This document shows positions 32,100 through 41,724 of a stretch of DNA of 64,000 bases, piece by piece (the first letter of the stretch is position 1; every line of letters starts with the position of its first letter). Under the pieces are notes generated by a model. It was not told the DNA's origin. It saw only the letters and a program-made list of their open reading frames with translations, and ran no database searches. Source of the DNA: an uncultured cyanobacterium (GTDB taxonomy: Bacteria > Cyanobacteriota > Cyanobacteriia > Cyanobacteriales > CAWUOF01); the NCBI GenBank assembly GCA_963744145.1, contig CAVUSO010000001.1, forward strand, positions 3,680,001-3,744,000, read 5' to 3'. Position numbers and translations under genes: made by a program.

Positions 32100-33452
32100 T
32101 TACAAGACTTCGTTTTCCAAGAAAATCTGTAATTTTTGAATTAGCTCATTGATCTCAACCCTTTGTTGCTCTCCATCTGCCATCCTTCTGATCAGAGCTA
32201 CATTATTTTCAAATTCTTCCTGCCCAATAATGACAACAAAAGGGATTCCTTTCTTGTTTGCATATTTCATTTGTACTGCAAGCTTTTTGTCTTCTAGATA
32301 TACTTCAGTATTGATTCCAGCCTTCCGAAGAAGTCCACCTATTCTCAAATATTCTTGTTGTCTATCTTTTTCTAGAGACATTACTAGCACAGACGTTACA
32401 GTAGGTTTTGATGGTTTGATTACTCCCATTTCAAACAACTTTGGCAGTAATCTTGTAAGACCAATAGAAATTCCTACACCTGGGTATTTCTTCCCAGCAA
32501 AATTGCTTGCTAAGTCCTCATATCTTCCTCCGCTACATATACTACCAATCCCAGCATGACCAGTAAGGCGTGTTTCATATATTGTTCCAGTGTAGTAATC
32601 CAATCCTCGTACCATAGACAAGTCAACACCATAGTAATCAGAAGGAACACCCAACATATCTATTCCTTTCAGAACTGTGGTAAGTTCATCTAACCCAGTT
32701 GCAAATTCTCCTTCTATATTTAGTGAACTGAGATAGTTTATCAATTCATCACTAGATGCTTTTTTTGAGAAAAATTCTAATATTGAATCGATCGCATGAT
32801 TGGTTAAATTTGCTTGACTTAACTGTTCTCTAACCTGAGAAACTCCTATTTTATCTATAGCATCTACAATCCCAATCACATTCTGTATTTCTTCTTGCTC
32901 AACCCCAGAATTTACAAGAAACCCTTGGAGAATCTTCCTGTTGTTTATCCTGATGTAAAAATGCCCAATGTTGAGTTCTTTGAATATCTGATAAATGACA
33001 AACGGCATTTCTGCATCGTTGAGTAAAGATAGCTCACCCTCTCCAATGACATCAATATCACATTGATAAAACTGTCTGTAACGACCTGACTGAGCGCGTT
33101 CACCACGCCATACTGGTTGAATCTGGTAACGACGAAATGGAAATGCCAAATCATTAGAGTGTTGTGCTACATATCGGGCTAGAGGCACAGTGAGGTCAAA
33201 ATGCAAGGCTAAATCTTTTCCATCATCTCCTTCTTCAGCCCGCAGTCTTCTTAAACCGTAGACTTCCTTACTAATGTTTCCTTTCGCAGTCGATAACGTC
33301 TCTATGCGTTCAACGGCTGGAGTTTCAATTGGTACAGCACCAGACCTCTCAAATCCTTTTCGGATTATGTCAATAACTCGATTGAACGTGATTTGTTCTC
33401 CTGGCAAAAATTCGGGAAAACCAGAAATAGGTTGAACATTAAATCCAGACAT
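32100..33452 (-). CDS. hisS: Histidyl-tRNA synthetase, full length with anticodon-binding domain
   Basis: FDLTVPLARY, WRGER..GRYRQFYQCD, RGLDYYTG, GGRY, KYANKKGIP. Confidence 0.92.
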   Translation of the reverse strand: MSGFNVQPISGFPEFLPGEQITFNRVIDIIRKGFERSGAVPIETPAVERIETLSTAKGNISKEVYGLRRLRAEEGDDGKDLALHFDLTVPLARYVAQHSNDLAFPFRRYQIQPVWRGERAQSGRYRQFYQCDIDVIGEGELSLLNDAEMPFVIYQIFKELNIGHFYIRINNRKILQGFLVNSGVEQEEIQNVIGIVDAIDKIGVSQVREQLSQANLTNHAIDSILEFFSKKASSDELINYLSSLNIEGEFATGLDELTTVLKGIDMLGVPSDYYGVDLSMVRGLDYYTGTIYETRLTGHAGIGSICSGGRYEDLASNFAGKKYPGVGISIGLTRLLPKLFEMGVIKPSKPTVTSVLVMSLEKDRQQEYLRIGGLLRKAGINTEVYLEDKKLAVQMKYANKKGIPFVVIIGQEEFENNVALIRRMADGEQQRVEINELIQKLQIFLENEVL

Positions 33453-33482
33453 TTAAAACTCTCTTTTGATTAAGTTATGTAA

Positions 33483-34196
33483 TTACATTCTTGGGTCAAA
33501 GTAGTCTTCTAAACCCAATTTTTCCACCAAGAATTGGGCAGCTTCCTGACCCGTGTATATTCTGTTCATTGGCATACATACATTTCTGATACGCGGTTTT
33601 GCCCACAAGTGTGGTAGCTGGTCTGCTACACCACCAGTTCCGTATATAGCTACGACATATTTAGGTGTGTCGTTATTTTTAATTAGTGATTCATTTATTT
33701 TTTGAATGTGAGCGCATTCTGTTAGTGTGCCTGCACTCCCACCAATAACTATCATTCCATCAATCAAAGACGTCCAAGTAGCACCTTCATCGCCCCATCG
33801 TGATTCTCCAATCATAGGATGTACACAAATTGATAAATCAAGCAGCGAGGAATCGAGAGCATACTTTCTGCCCTTCCTAGGAAATACTCCAATAGTTTTG
33901 AAACCATATTCCTTTGCTTTTTTAGTCGCTAATTCTGGAATACCGCCCTCGGTTCCGCCTGTTAAAATTGCTATTCTATAGCCTCGAAAAAGTTTTAGGG
34001 CATCGGATATCAATCTGTCATGCAATGTATTTCGGAATGCGATATACTTTAACTGCAAATCATCATCATCTGGAATTCCCTGCAATTTATCATCAGCACC
34101 GCCAGAAAATCCAATAACTTTGTGAATACCCTGCTCTTTCATAAACGAGGTAACTTTCGATGCGTAGTCCTCCTTACCAATAATGTCAATCAACAT
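33483..34196 (-). CDS. SLOG (Smf/DprA-LOG) superfamily nucleotide-binding protein
   Basis: LTGGTEGG..A...A...G.KTIGVFP and IGGSAGTLTE (GGxGTxxE-like). Confidence 0.7.
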   Translation of the reverse strand: MLIDIIGKEDYASKVTSFMKEQGIHKVIGFSGGADDKLQGIPDDDDLQLKYIAFRNTLHDRLISDALKLFRGYRIAILTGGTEGGIPELATKKAKEYGFKTIGVFPRKGRKYALDSSLLDLSICVHPMIGESRWGDEGATWTSLIDGMIVIGGSAGTLTECAHIQKINESLIKNNDTPKYVVAIYGTGGVADQLPHLWAKPRIRNVCMPMNRIYTGQEAAQFLVEKLGLEDYFDPRM

Positions 34197-34410
34197 TGTG
34201 AATCCTCATATAAAAAAAACATCACAACACTGGAGCAACATAAATTCAAGAGCAGATAGATGATTTTGACATTGTGTTTTCACTGATATAAAAACCATAA
34301 ACGACTTTATTGTCTTCCTATTATTCCTTAGAAATCGAAGGTTTGTATAGTCTCAAAAGGTATTATTTTGCCGACAAATTTCTTCTGCTTTTACTTTCTA
34401 TTAATCTAGT

Positions 34411-34472
34411 TTTGTACGAAAATGTACGAGAATGTAATAAAAAGTCCAAAAATGTGATGTATAATGTGCGAA
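34411..34472 (+). promoter_or_regulatory. Phased 10-bp direct repeats overlapping a TATAAT -10 box
   Basis: tttgtacgaa/aatgtacgag/aatgtaataa/aaagtccaaa/aatgtgatgt; TATAAT 34460-34465. Confidence 0.5.
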
Positions 34473-34494
34473 ATGCTCCTATATCCTAGCACCG

Positions 34495-35889
34495 ATGAAT
34501 CTTAAAGAAATGTTAAAATTTGCTGATGAGATAGTATTTGCCAAAACGGGTCAGCACCTTGACGATTTACAAGCAGCGGTACTGCGAGGTACTCTGCAAC
34601 GAGAGACATATAAGGAAATAGCTAAGGATTTTGATTGTTCAGAAAGTCGTGTTAGAGAAGTAGGATCAGAATTATGGCAGATACTTTCAGAAGAGTTAAG
34701 AGAAGAGGTCAGTAAATCAAATTTTAGATCGGCTATGGAGAGAGTGCAATTTTCCATATATTCAAATATTGCACAAGAAGAATCGGTGCAAATTATTTGT
34801 GGTGAAAGTAGACACCTAGCAGATATATCAAAGTCACATCCATATAATGAGGAAACATCTAACACAAAACAACCTCAAAATCTACATCAAGATTTAAGCG
34901 TAATGCCAGATTTGGGTGCTTTTTACGATCGCACTCCCGAACTCGAAACTCTCAAAACCTGGATTTTACAACAAAGCTGTCGCCTCATCTTACTCACAGG
35001 TGTGAGTGGTATCGGCAAAACCTCATTAGCGGTACAACTCGTTCAACAAATAAAAAATGAGTTTGAATATGTAATTTGGTGTAGTCTAGACGCATCCCCC
35101 ACCTTAACTGAATTTCAAGATCAACTGATCCAATTTTTCTCCCAATCAGAAAAGCTAGATTCATCTGCAAGTAACCAAAAAACCTTACCGCTAATTAAGT
35201 ATTTGCAAAAACATCGCTGTTTAGTAATTTTAGATGATATTCACAACCTTTTCAGTAGCGGTGAATTAGCAGGTAAATATCAACCAGGATCTGAAGAATA
35301 TCGTTCTTTTTTCAAACAGATAGAAAAATTATCTCATCAAAGTTGCTTTCTGTTAATCGGTTGGGAGCAACTGAGAGAAGTTACTCAAGTCAAAAATCAA
35401 AATATCCCTATTCAGACTTTACAGCTCACTGGTTTAGACATCACAGCGGGACAGGAAATACTAAAAGATTACGGGTTAGCAGAAATCGATGACTACTCAA
35501 TACTCATTCACCGCTACCAAGGTAATCCGTTATACTTAAAAAGTATCGCGACTCTGATTCAAGAATTGGGAGGATGCGGGACTGAGTTATTACCCGATGA
35601 TCCCATATTGTTACCAGAAGATTTGAAAGATGTTTTGCAGCAGCAGTGCGATCGCTTATCCGAATTAGAAAAACAAGTTCTCTCTTTATTAGCTCAAGAA
35701 CATGAACCAGTTAATCTGGCAAAATTACTAGAAAATGCTAGAATCCCATCGTCAGATTTACTAACCGCATTGCAATCTTTATTGCGACGTTCCTTAATCG
35801 AAAAATCAACAAATCTTTATACTCTTCCACCTGTGCTGATGCAGTATATAAAATTATTATCACCTCACATTAGTTCTCCAAATAGTTAA
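34495..35889 (+). CDS. N-terminal HTH + NB-ARC (STAND) ATPase without C-terminal repeats
   Basis: LDDLQ..VL....TYKEIA HTH; GVSGIGKT Walker A; LVILDD; GNPL. Confidence 0.85.
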   Translation: MNLKEMLKFADEIVFAKTGQHLDDLQAAVLRGTLQRETYKEIAKDFDCSESRVREVGSELWQILSEELREEVSKSNFRSAMERVQFSIYSNIAQEESVQIICGESRHLADISKSHPYNEETSNTKQPQNLHQDLSVMPDLGAFYDRTPELETLKTWILQQSCRLILLTGVSGIGKTSLAVQLVQQIKNEFEYVIWCSLDASPTLTEFQDQLIQFFSQSEKLDSSASNQKTLPLIKYLQKHRCLVILDDIHNLFSSGELAGKYQPGSEEYRSFFKQIEKLSHQSCFLLIGWEQLREVTQVKNQNIPIQTLQLTGLDITAGQEILKDYGLAEIDDYSILIHRYQGNPLYLKSIATLIQELGGCGTELLPDDPILLPEDLKDVLQQQCDRLSELEKQVLSLLAQEHEPVNLAKLLENARIPSSDLLTALQSLLRRSLIEKSTNLYTLPPVLMQYIKLLSPHISSPNS

Positions 35890-36039
35890 GAAAATATGCT
35901 TTATTTGCTGATTGTTACAACAATATATAGGTAATTGATTATAGACAGGCGATCGCACTGTACTATCATAGAATAAAAAATATCTGATGTTTCAGAAAGA
36001 TTCAACTATCAAATATCAAAAACTCTTTAATCTCAAAAA

Positions 36040-36267
36040 ATGACCCAAATCACCACGACTGAATTACCCCAAACGCTCCAGACTCTATTGATAGAGGTCG
36101 AACGGACTAAAACTCCCCTAACCGTCATCCATGAAGGAAAACCATTAGTAATTATCTATCCTGCTACCACCACCTCACGCCCCACATTTGGTGCAATGAA
36201 AGGAAGTGGTGAAATATTAGGGGATTTAATCGCTCCTGTAGCGGAAGTCTGGGAGGTTTTAGAATGA
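36040..36267 (+). CDS. Phd/YefM-family antitoxin
   Basis: Copy of 6315. Confidence 0.8.
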   Translation: MTQITTTELPQTLQTLLIEVERTKTPLTVIHEGKPLVIIYPATTTSRPTFGAMKGSGEILGDLIAPVAEVWEVLE

Positions 36268-36491
36268 AACTTTTACTCGATACCCATATTTGGCTTTGGT
36301 ATTTACTCGGTGACCAACGCTTATCGCAACCATTGCAAACGGCGATTGCCGATCCTAACACTGAAATTTGGCTGAGTCCAATTAGCATTTGGGAGACACT
36401 CATCCTTGCAGAAAAAAGACGGATAGGGTTAAAATTAGCTACGGTTGATGCTAACATTGCAGGTAATTCAGCCTTACAAACACTCAGTTAG
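36264..36491 (+). pseudogene. VapC toxin with in-frame internal deletion
   Basis: Same lesion as 6539. Confidence 0.75.
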
Positions 36492-36520
36492 GCAAACTTC
36501 ACCCGTTACAATATTTAATT

Positions 36521-36940
36521 ATGTCTGCTAAAGATATATTTCACAATATAGTCCGATCAGCTTTGGAGAAGGATGGATGGATAATTACCCATGATCCACT
36601 GTTTTTACAACCTAGTCAGGAAGTTAGAATGAAGGTAGATTTGGCAGCACAGAAGTTATTATCGGCACAAAAGGGGAATCAAAAAATTGCTGTAGAGGTC
36701 AAGAGTTTTATTGGTCTATCAGCAATCTCTGAATTTCATATAGCCGTTGGTCAATTTCTGAATTATCAGGTAGCCTTAGATAAATTAGACCTAGAATGGA
36801 TACTGTATTTAGCTATACCCACGGATATTTATCAAGATTTTTTTACAGATTCATTTGTGCAAGAGGTGGTTAAACGATTTCAAATTAAGTTGCTGGTTTT
36901 TCATATTCAGAAACAGGAGATAGTGCTATGGATAGATTAG
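36521..36940 (+). CDS. xisH: XisH-family protein
   Basis: MSAKDIFH..ALEKDGW.ITHDP, VEVKSF. Confidence 0.9.
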   Translation: MSAKDIFHNIVRSALEKDGWIITHDPLFLQPSQEVRMKVDLAAQKLLSAQKGNQKIAVEVKSFIGLSAISEFHIAVGQFLNYQVALDKLDLEWILYLAIPTDIYQDFFTDSFVQEVVKRFQIKLLVFHIQKQEIVLWID

Positions 36941-37260
36941 ATTATCGCGAATTGGTAAAAAAAATTATCCAACAACACGCCAACGAGCGATCGAAGGAAG
37001 ACCCGAATCAATCTCAGATTGTTTTTGATGAGGAACGCGATCGCTATTTATTGCTATATGTTGGATGGCGAGATGAAGAACGACTACATGGATGTCCAAT
37101 TCATATCGATATTCAAGATGGAAAAATTTGGATTCAGCGAGATTTTACAGAGGAAGGAATTGCTTATCAATTGACAGAGATGGGCGTACCCAAAACCGAT
37201 ATAATTTTAGGATTTCGTTCACCTTATATTCGACAATTCACTGAATTTGCTGTAAAATAA
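36928..37260 (+). CDS. xisI: XisI-family protein
   Basis: GKIWIQRDFTEEGIA. Confidence 0.9.
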   Translation: MDRLDYRELVKKIIQQHANERSKEDPNQSQIVFDEERDRYLLLYVGWRDEERLHGCPIHIDIQDGKIWIQRDFTEEGIAYQLTEMGVPKTDIILGFRSPYIRQFTEFAVK

Positions 37261-37433
37261 TTCTGGTTGGGATAGCATCTTGTCCTGGATAATCATCAGA
37301 GCTATTTACTTGACGACCAATGCTAATTGGGACTGCCAACAGCAGTGCGATCACTCATAAATTTTCCCAGGATTTAAGCATGGTAAATCAAAATGTATGT
37401 TAAACTAGAAATTAGCCTTTTTCTTTATTTACT

Positions 37434-37775
37434 ATGACACTAAAAGAATTAGAGCCTCAACTGCTAGCACTATCTGATCATGAAAAAGCTCAAGTTGTAC
37501 AACTTCTATCTCAAGGCAAAATCACTCTCGGACGTGGGATTGAAAAAAAGCCTGGTGTTTGTGGTGGTAGTGCCTGTATTGTGGGAACTCGCAGTATCGT
37601 TTGGGGGTTGGTAGAAGCTCGTCAGATTGGATATAGCGAAGCTGATTTACTCATTAGCTATCCATCTCTATCTGCAACTGATCTGGCAAATGCTTGGGCT
37701 TATGCTGAAGCTTTTCCCCAGGAAATTGAAACAGAAATTCGGGAAAATACTCAAGAGATGTACGAGGATTCATAA
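37434..37775 (+). CDS. DUF433-domain antitoxin
   Basis: PGVCGGSACI.GTR. Confidence 0.85.
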   Translation: MTLKELEPQLLALSDHEKAQVVQLLSQGKITLGRGIEKKPGVCGGSACIVGTRSIVWGLVEARQIGYSEADLLISYPSLSATDLANAWAYAEAFPQEIETEIRENTQEMYEDS

Positions 37776-37778
37776 TCG

Positions 37779-37898
37779 ATGGCGCGTCTCTATGCCGATA
37801 AACAATATCCTTATCCTGTGGTAGAATTACTGCAAATTTTAGGACATGATGTCTTAACTGTTCAAGAAGCAAATAACTGTATAACAACCTGTAGCTGA
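37779..37898 (+). pseudogene. DUF5615/PIN-like toxin 5' fragment
   Basis: Same truncation as 7602. Confidence 0.75.
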
Positions 37899-37952
37899 AT
37901 CTGGTAGGTTTTAGAATGAAACTTTTAATAGTCTCTAACTATACAAGTATAC

Positions 37953-38303
37953 TTAAATTAGGCGATCGCATGATGTTAATACCAATATGCTTTCTGTTTC
38001 CCGATGCCAAAATTCAATTATTGTGTTAAAATGATCTCTCAATATCTGCACAATCTTGAAGGTTGGACTATTGCCAATCCGGAGATAGATAAATTTGGGC
38101 GGATGACCATAAAGCAAACTACGTTGATGAAAATCAGCATCTTTGGAAACAATCATAAAATCATTCAACTTTGCATATTCCCAAATAATTGAATCATCGG
38201 TATTTATTAGTGCCAAAGTTTTGACATGAGCCGAATCAGGATATAAATCGATGATCCGATGAATGATCCTGTCTGACAAGTTTTCGTCCAGTAGTAGTTT
38301 CAC
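37953..38303 (-). CDS. DUF5615 PIN-like toxin, intact
   Basis: KLLLDENLS, D..IWEYA, IVSKDADF, HPPK.I.LR.GN. Confidence 0.85.
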   Translation of the reverse strand: MKLLLDENLSDRIIHRIIDLYPDSAHVKTLALINTDDSIIWEYAKLNDFMIVSKDADFHQRSLLYGHPPKFIYLRIGNSPTFKIVQILRDHFNTIIEFWHRETESILVLTSCDRLI

Positions 38304-38524
38304 CAAGATGCTACGAATAATTTTTTCTCTCGTTCAGCAGCAAAGGTAAGACAGGCTTTGATGTCTTCCGAAGTAAGTTCCGAAAAATCTTCGAGAATTT
38401 CTGCCTCAGTCATCCCACCAGCTAGATAATCTAGGATATCGTACACAGTAATTCGCATTCCTCGAATACAAGGCTTACCGCTACGTTTTCCTGGTTCAAT
38501 TGTGATAATTTCATGGTGTTTCAT
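38300..38524 (-). CDS. DUF433 antitoxin
   Basis: PGKRSGKPCIRGMRITVYDIL. Confidence 0.9.
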   Translation of the reverse strand: MKHHEIITIEPGKRSGKPCIRGMRITVYDILDYLAGGMTEAEILEDFSELTSEDIKACLTFAAEREKKLFVASW

Positions 38525-38574
38525 CAGTTTTTTTTTAAATCATGCTTCTTAACTATTATATCCCATATTTGTCC

Positions 38575-38763
38575 TCAATCACGATCAACCAGTTGTAATG
38601 ATGATCTATTAGTTCAGGACTCACCAAGCGTAAAAACTTCCCGATAACGCTGACACCAGGCATCTTTTTCAGCTTTAAGCCTAGCTAAGTCTTCTGGTGA
38701 TCTCCTAAATTCAGGAAATAACCTACATCGACGGTGAGGACGATTTGATCTTGTTTGAGTCAT
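38575..38763 (-). pseudogene. 5' fragment of the protease-partner gene
   Basis: Matches 3125-3314. Confidence 0.65.
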
Positions 38764-38906
38764 TGCTCGAATTTTTATTCAACTAGATCCAGTTATATCT
38801 GCCATATTCCCAAGCATAAGCTGATATTTCTCGCACTAAGACCAATCTGTGAGAACATGAAAAACAGAGAAAAAACATCACCAACTGGAAACCTGATGTA
38901 AACCTT

Positions 38907-40124
38907 ATGCAAACCTTACCCAATCCAACTAAAACCCGTCAACTGACTACTGATACTACCATCCATCGCCGCCAAACTCGTGCTGTACCAGTCGGGAATG
39001 TGATCATCGGTGGTGGACATCCGGTGGTAGTACAGTCGATGATTAATGAAGATACCTTAGATCTAGATGGATCTGTGGCGGCAATTCGACGTTTACATGA
39101 AATTGGTTGTGAAATTGTTCGGGTGACTGTTCCCAGTCTAGCTCACGCGATCGCCTTAGCACAAATTAAGGAAAAATTATTAGCTACTTACCAAGCAGTT
39201 CCTCTAGTCGCTGATGTCCACCACAATGGCATGAAAATTGCCCTAGAGGTAGCTAAACATGTAGATAAAGTCCGGATTAATCCGGGTTTATATGTATTTG
39301 AAAAACCAAAAGCCGATCGGGTGGAATATACTCAAGCAGAATTTGCCGAAATTGGGGAAAAAATTCGCGAAACCTTAGCACCCCTAGTCATTTCCCTCCG
39401 CGATCGCCATAAAGCCATGCGAATCGGGGTAAATCACGGTTCTCTAGCCGAAAGAATGTTATTTTCCTATGGTGACACTCCCGCCGGAATGGTAGAGTCA
39501 GCCATAGAATTCATCCAAATCTGCGAATCTCTAGACTTTTACAATCTCGTCATCTCTCTCAAAGCTGCCCGAGTACCAGTCATGCTAGCAGCTTACCGTC
39601 TAATGGTCCAGAGAATGGATGAACTGGGAATGAACTATCCTCTGCACTTAGGAGTTACCGAAGCAGGGGATGGAGAATATGGTCGGATCAAATCAACCGC
39701 AGGAATAGCGACTCTATTAGCTGATGGGATTGGTGATACCATTAGAGTGTCCCTGACAGAAGCACCAGAAAAAGAAATTCCAGTCTGTTACAGCATTCTC
39801 CAAGCTTTGGGATTGCGGAAAACCATGGTGGAGTATGTAGCTTGTCCTTCCTGTGGTCGGACGTTATTTAATTTAGAAGAAGTTCTCCATCAAGTCCGGG
39901 AAGCAACTAAGCATTTAACCGGGTTAGATATCGCAGTTATGGGTTGTATTGTTAATGGTCCAGGAGAAATGGCAGATGCTGATTATGGTTATGTAGGTAA
40001 GCAACCTGGTTACATCTCTCTGTATCGTGGGCGTGAAGAAATTAAAAAAGTTCCTGAAACTGAAGGTGTTAACGAGTTAATTAGTTTGATCAAGGCTGAT
40101 GGTAGGTGGGTAGATCCCAGTTGA
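38907..40124 (+). CDS. ispG: (E)-4-hydroxy-3-methylbut-2-enyl-diphosphate synthase
   Basis: [29 protein letters not shown]. Confidence 0.97.
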   Translation: MQTLPNPTKTRQLTTDTTIHRRQTRAVPVGNVIIGGGHPVVVQSMINEDTLDLDGSVAAIRRLHEIGCEIVRVTVPSLAHAIALAQIKEKLLATYQAVPLVADVHHNGMKIALEVAKHVDKVRINPGLYVFEKPKADRVEYTQAEFAEIGEKIRETLAPLVISLRDRHKAMRIGVNHGSLAERMLFSYGDTPAGMVESAIEFIQICESLDFYNLVISLKAARVPVMLAAYRLMVQRMDELGMNYPLHLGVTEAGDGEYGRIKSTAGIATLLADGIGDTIRVSLTEAPEKEIPVCYSILQALGLRKTMVEYVACPSCGRTLFNLEEVLHQVREATKHLTGLDIAVMGCIVNGPGEMADADYGYVGKQPGYISLYRGREEIKKVPETEGVNELISLIKADGRWVDPS

Positions 40125-40307
40125 GCATTAGAGCTGGCTAGATCCCAAATCCTAACCCAAGCAAACTTTTGAGATTTTTCCGGACTTGGTGGCAACCGAA
40201 TGGGAGAAAGACTTAATAACATTATTTGCTGACCCATTGCTGACATGAAACTGTGCTACAGTGGGCGTAAATCGCTTTCAGTCTTTCTTCTCCGGCTCAG
40301 CAGACTT

Positions 40308-41604
40308 ATGGTCATTACAAAAAGTAAGCTCGTAATTGGGGCAACAGCAGTAATGGTGGCTGCGGTTACTCTTACAGGTACTGGGATTCATCTTTCTAAG
40401 GGATTGGCTTTATTAAAAGAAAGTCCCAAAGATTTGGTTGATGAAGTTTGGCATATTATTAACAACAATTATGTAGATGGCACCTTCAATCAAGTTGATT
40501 GGAAACAAGTACGCCAAGATTATGTAAAGGATTATCCTGATCAGCAGGATGCTTATAAAAACATCCGCGAAATGCTGAAAAAGCTTGGTGATCCCTATAC
40601 TCGGTTTATGGACCCAGAAGAGTTCAAGAATATGCAAATTGATACTTCTGGAGAATTGACTGGTGTTGGTTTGCAATTGGCCCAAGATGAAGAAACCAAA
40701 AAGCTGGTGGTAATTGCTCCGATCGAAGATACCCCCGCTTTTAAGGCCGGAATTCAAGCTAAAGATGTTATCCTCAAAATTAATGATAAAACTACCGAAG
40801 GTATGGATACTAATCAGGCAGTTAGTCTGATTCGTCTGTCCAGCCAACTCGACCGTCACCCTCACGATTGGGCGAACTACTCAGCAAAATCAAATTAAGA
40901 CCATGGATTTTACGCTGAAAAGAACTCGGATTGAAATTCATCCAGTCCATTTTGCTTATCACCCTGATCAATTAAATGGTGTCGGTTATATTCGTTTAAA
41001 TCAGTTCAGTGCTAATGCAGTCTCGGAAATGCGCAAAGCAATCCAGGATTTAGAAAAAAATAATGTAACAGGATATATTCTTGATTTGCGTTCTAATCCT
41101 GGTGGGTTGCTCTACGCTAGCGTCGAAATTGCTCAGATGTGGCTGAATGACAGTACAATTGTTTCCACAGTTTACCGTCAAGGTGAAAGAGATCGTCAGG
41201 TGGCCAATCATCAGGCTTTGACCAATAAACCCTTGGTAATTTTGGTAGATGGAGGATCGGCTAGTGCTAGTGAAATTCTCTCAGGAGCGTTACAGGATAA
41301 TAAGCGTGCAGTTTTAGTTGGAGCAAAAACTTTTGGTAAGGGTTTAGTACAGTCGGTCCGTGGTTTGTCTGATGGCTCTGGTTTAGCAGTGACGATCGCT
41401 AAATACTATACTCCTAGTGGTCGCGATATTAATCATGCCGGAATTGAGCCAAATTATAAAATTGAACTCACGGACTCTCAACGTCAAATGTTAAGGAAGG
41501 ATCACACTAAAATTGGCACACCTAATGATCCTCAATATGCCAAAGCACTAGAAGTTTTAAAGCAAGAAATTGCTACTGGAAGTCGAAGTGTGGTAAATAA
41601 ATAA
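40308..41604 (+). pseudogene. ctpC: S41 carboxyl-terminal processing protease (CtpC-like) split by +1 frameshift at ~40836 (possibly a sequencing error)
   Basis: PDZ in ORF1; DLRSNPGG, SASASE, TFGKG in ORF2; frames join as LIR(G)PANSTVTLTI. Confidence 0.75.
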
Positions 41605-41724
41605 AGCTCAGGTCAAAGGCTAGGTTCTGATTCAGGCTCTCTGATAAGCATCGATCCATAACTTGGTAGCATCTATAATCCTACTCTGAAAAGAATCATA
41701 GCCTTATCCCATTGTCCTGAATCA

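Noticed and set aside
32100..33452. HisZ (ATP-phosphoribosyltransferase regulatory subunit)
   Set aside because: Retains RGLDYYTG, catalytic motifs and the C-terminal anticodon-binding domain; no hisG nearby
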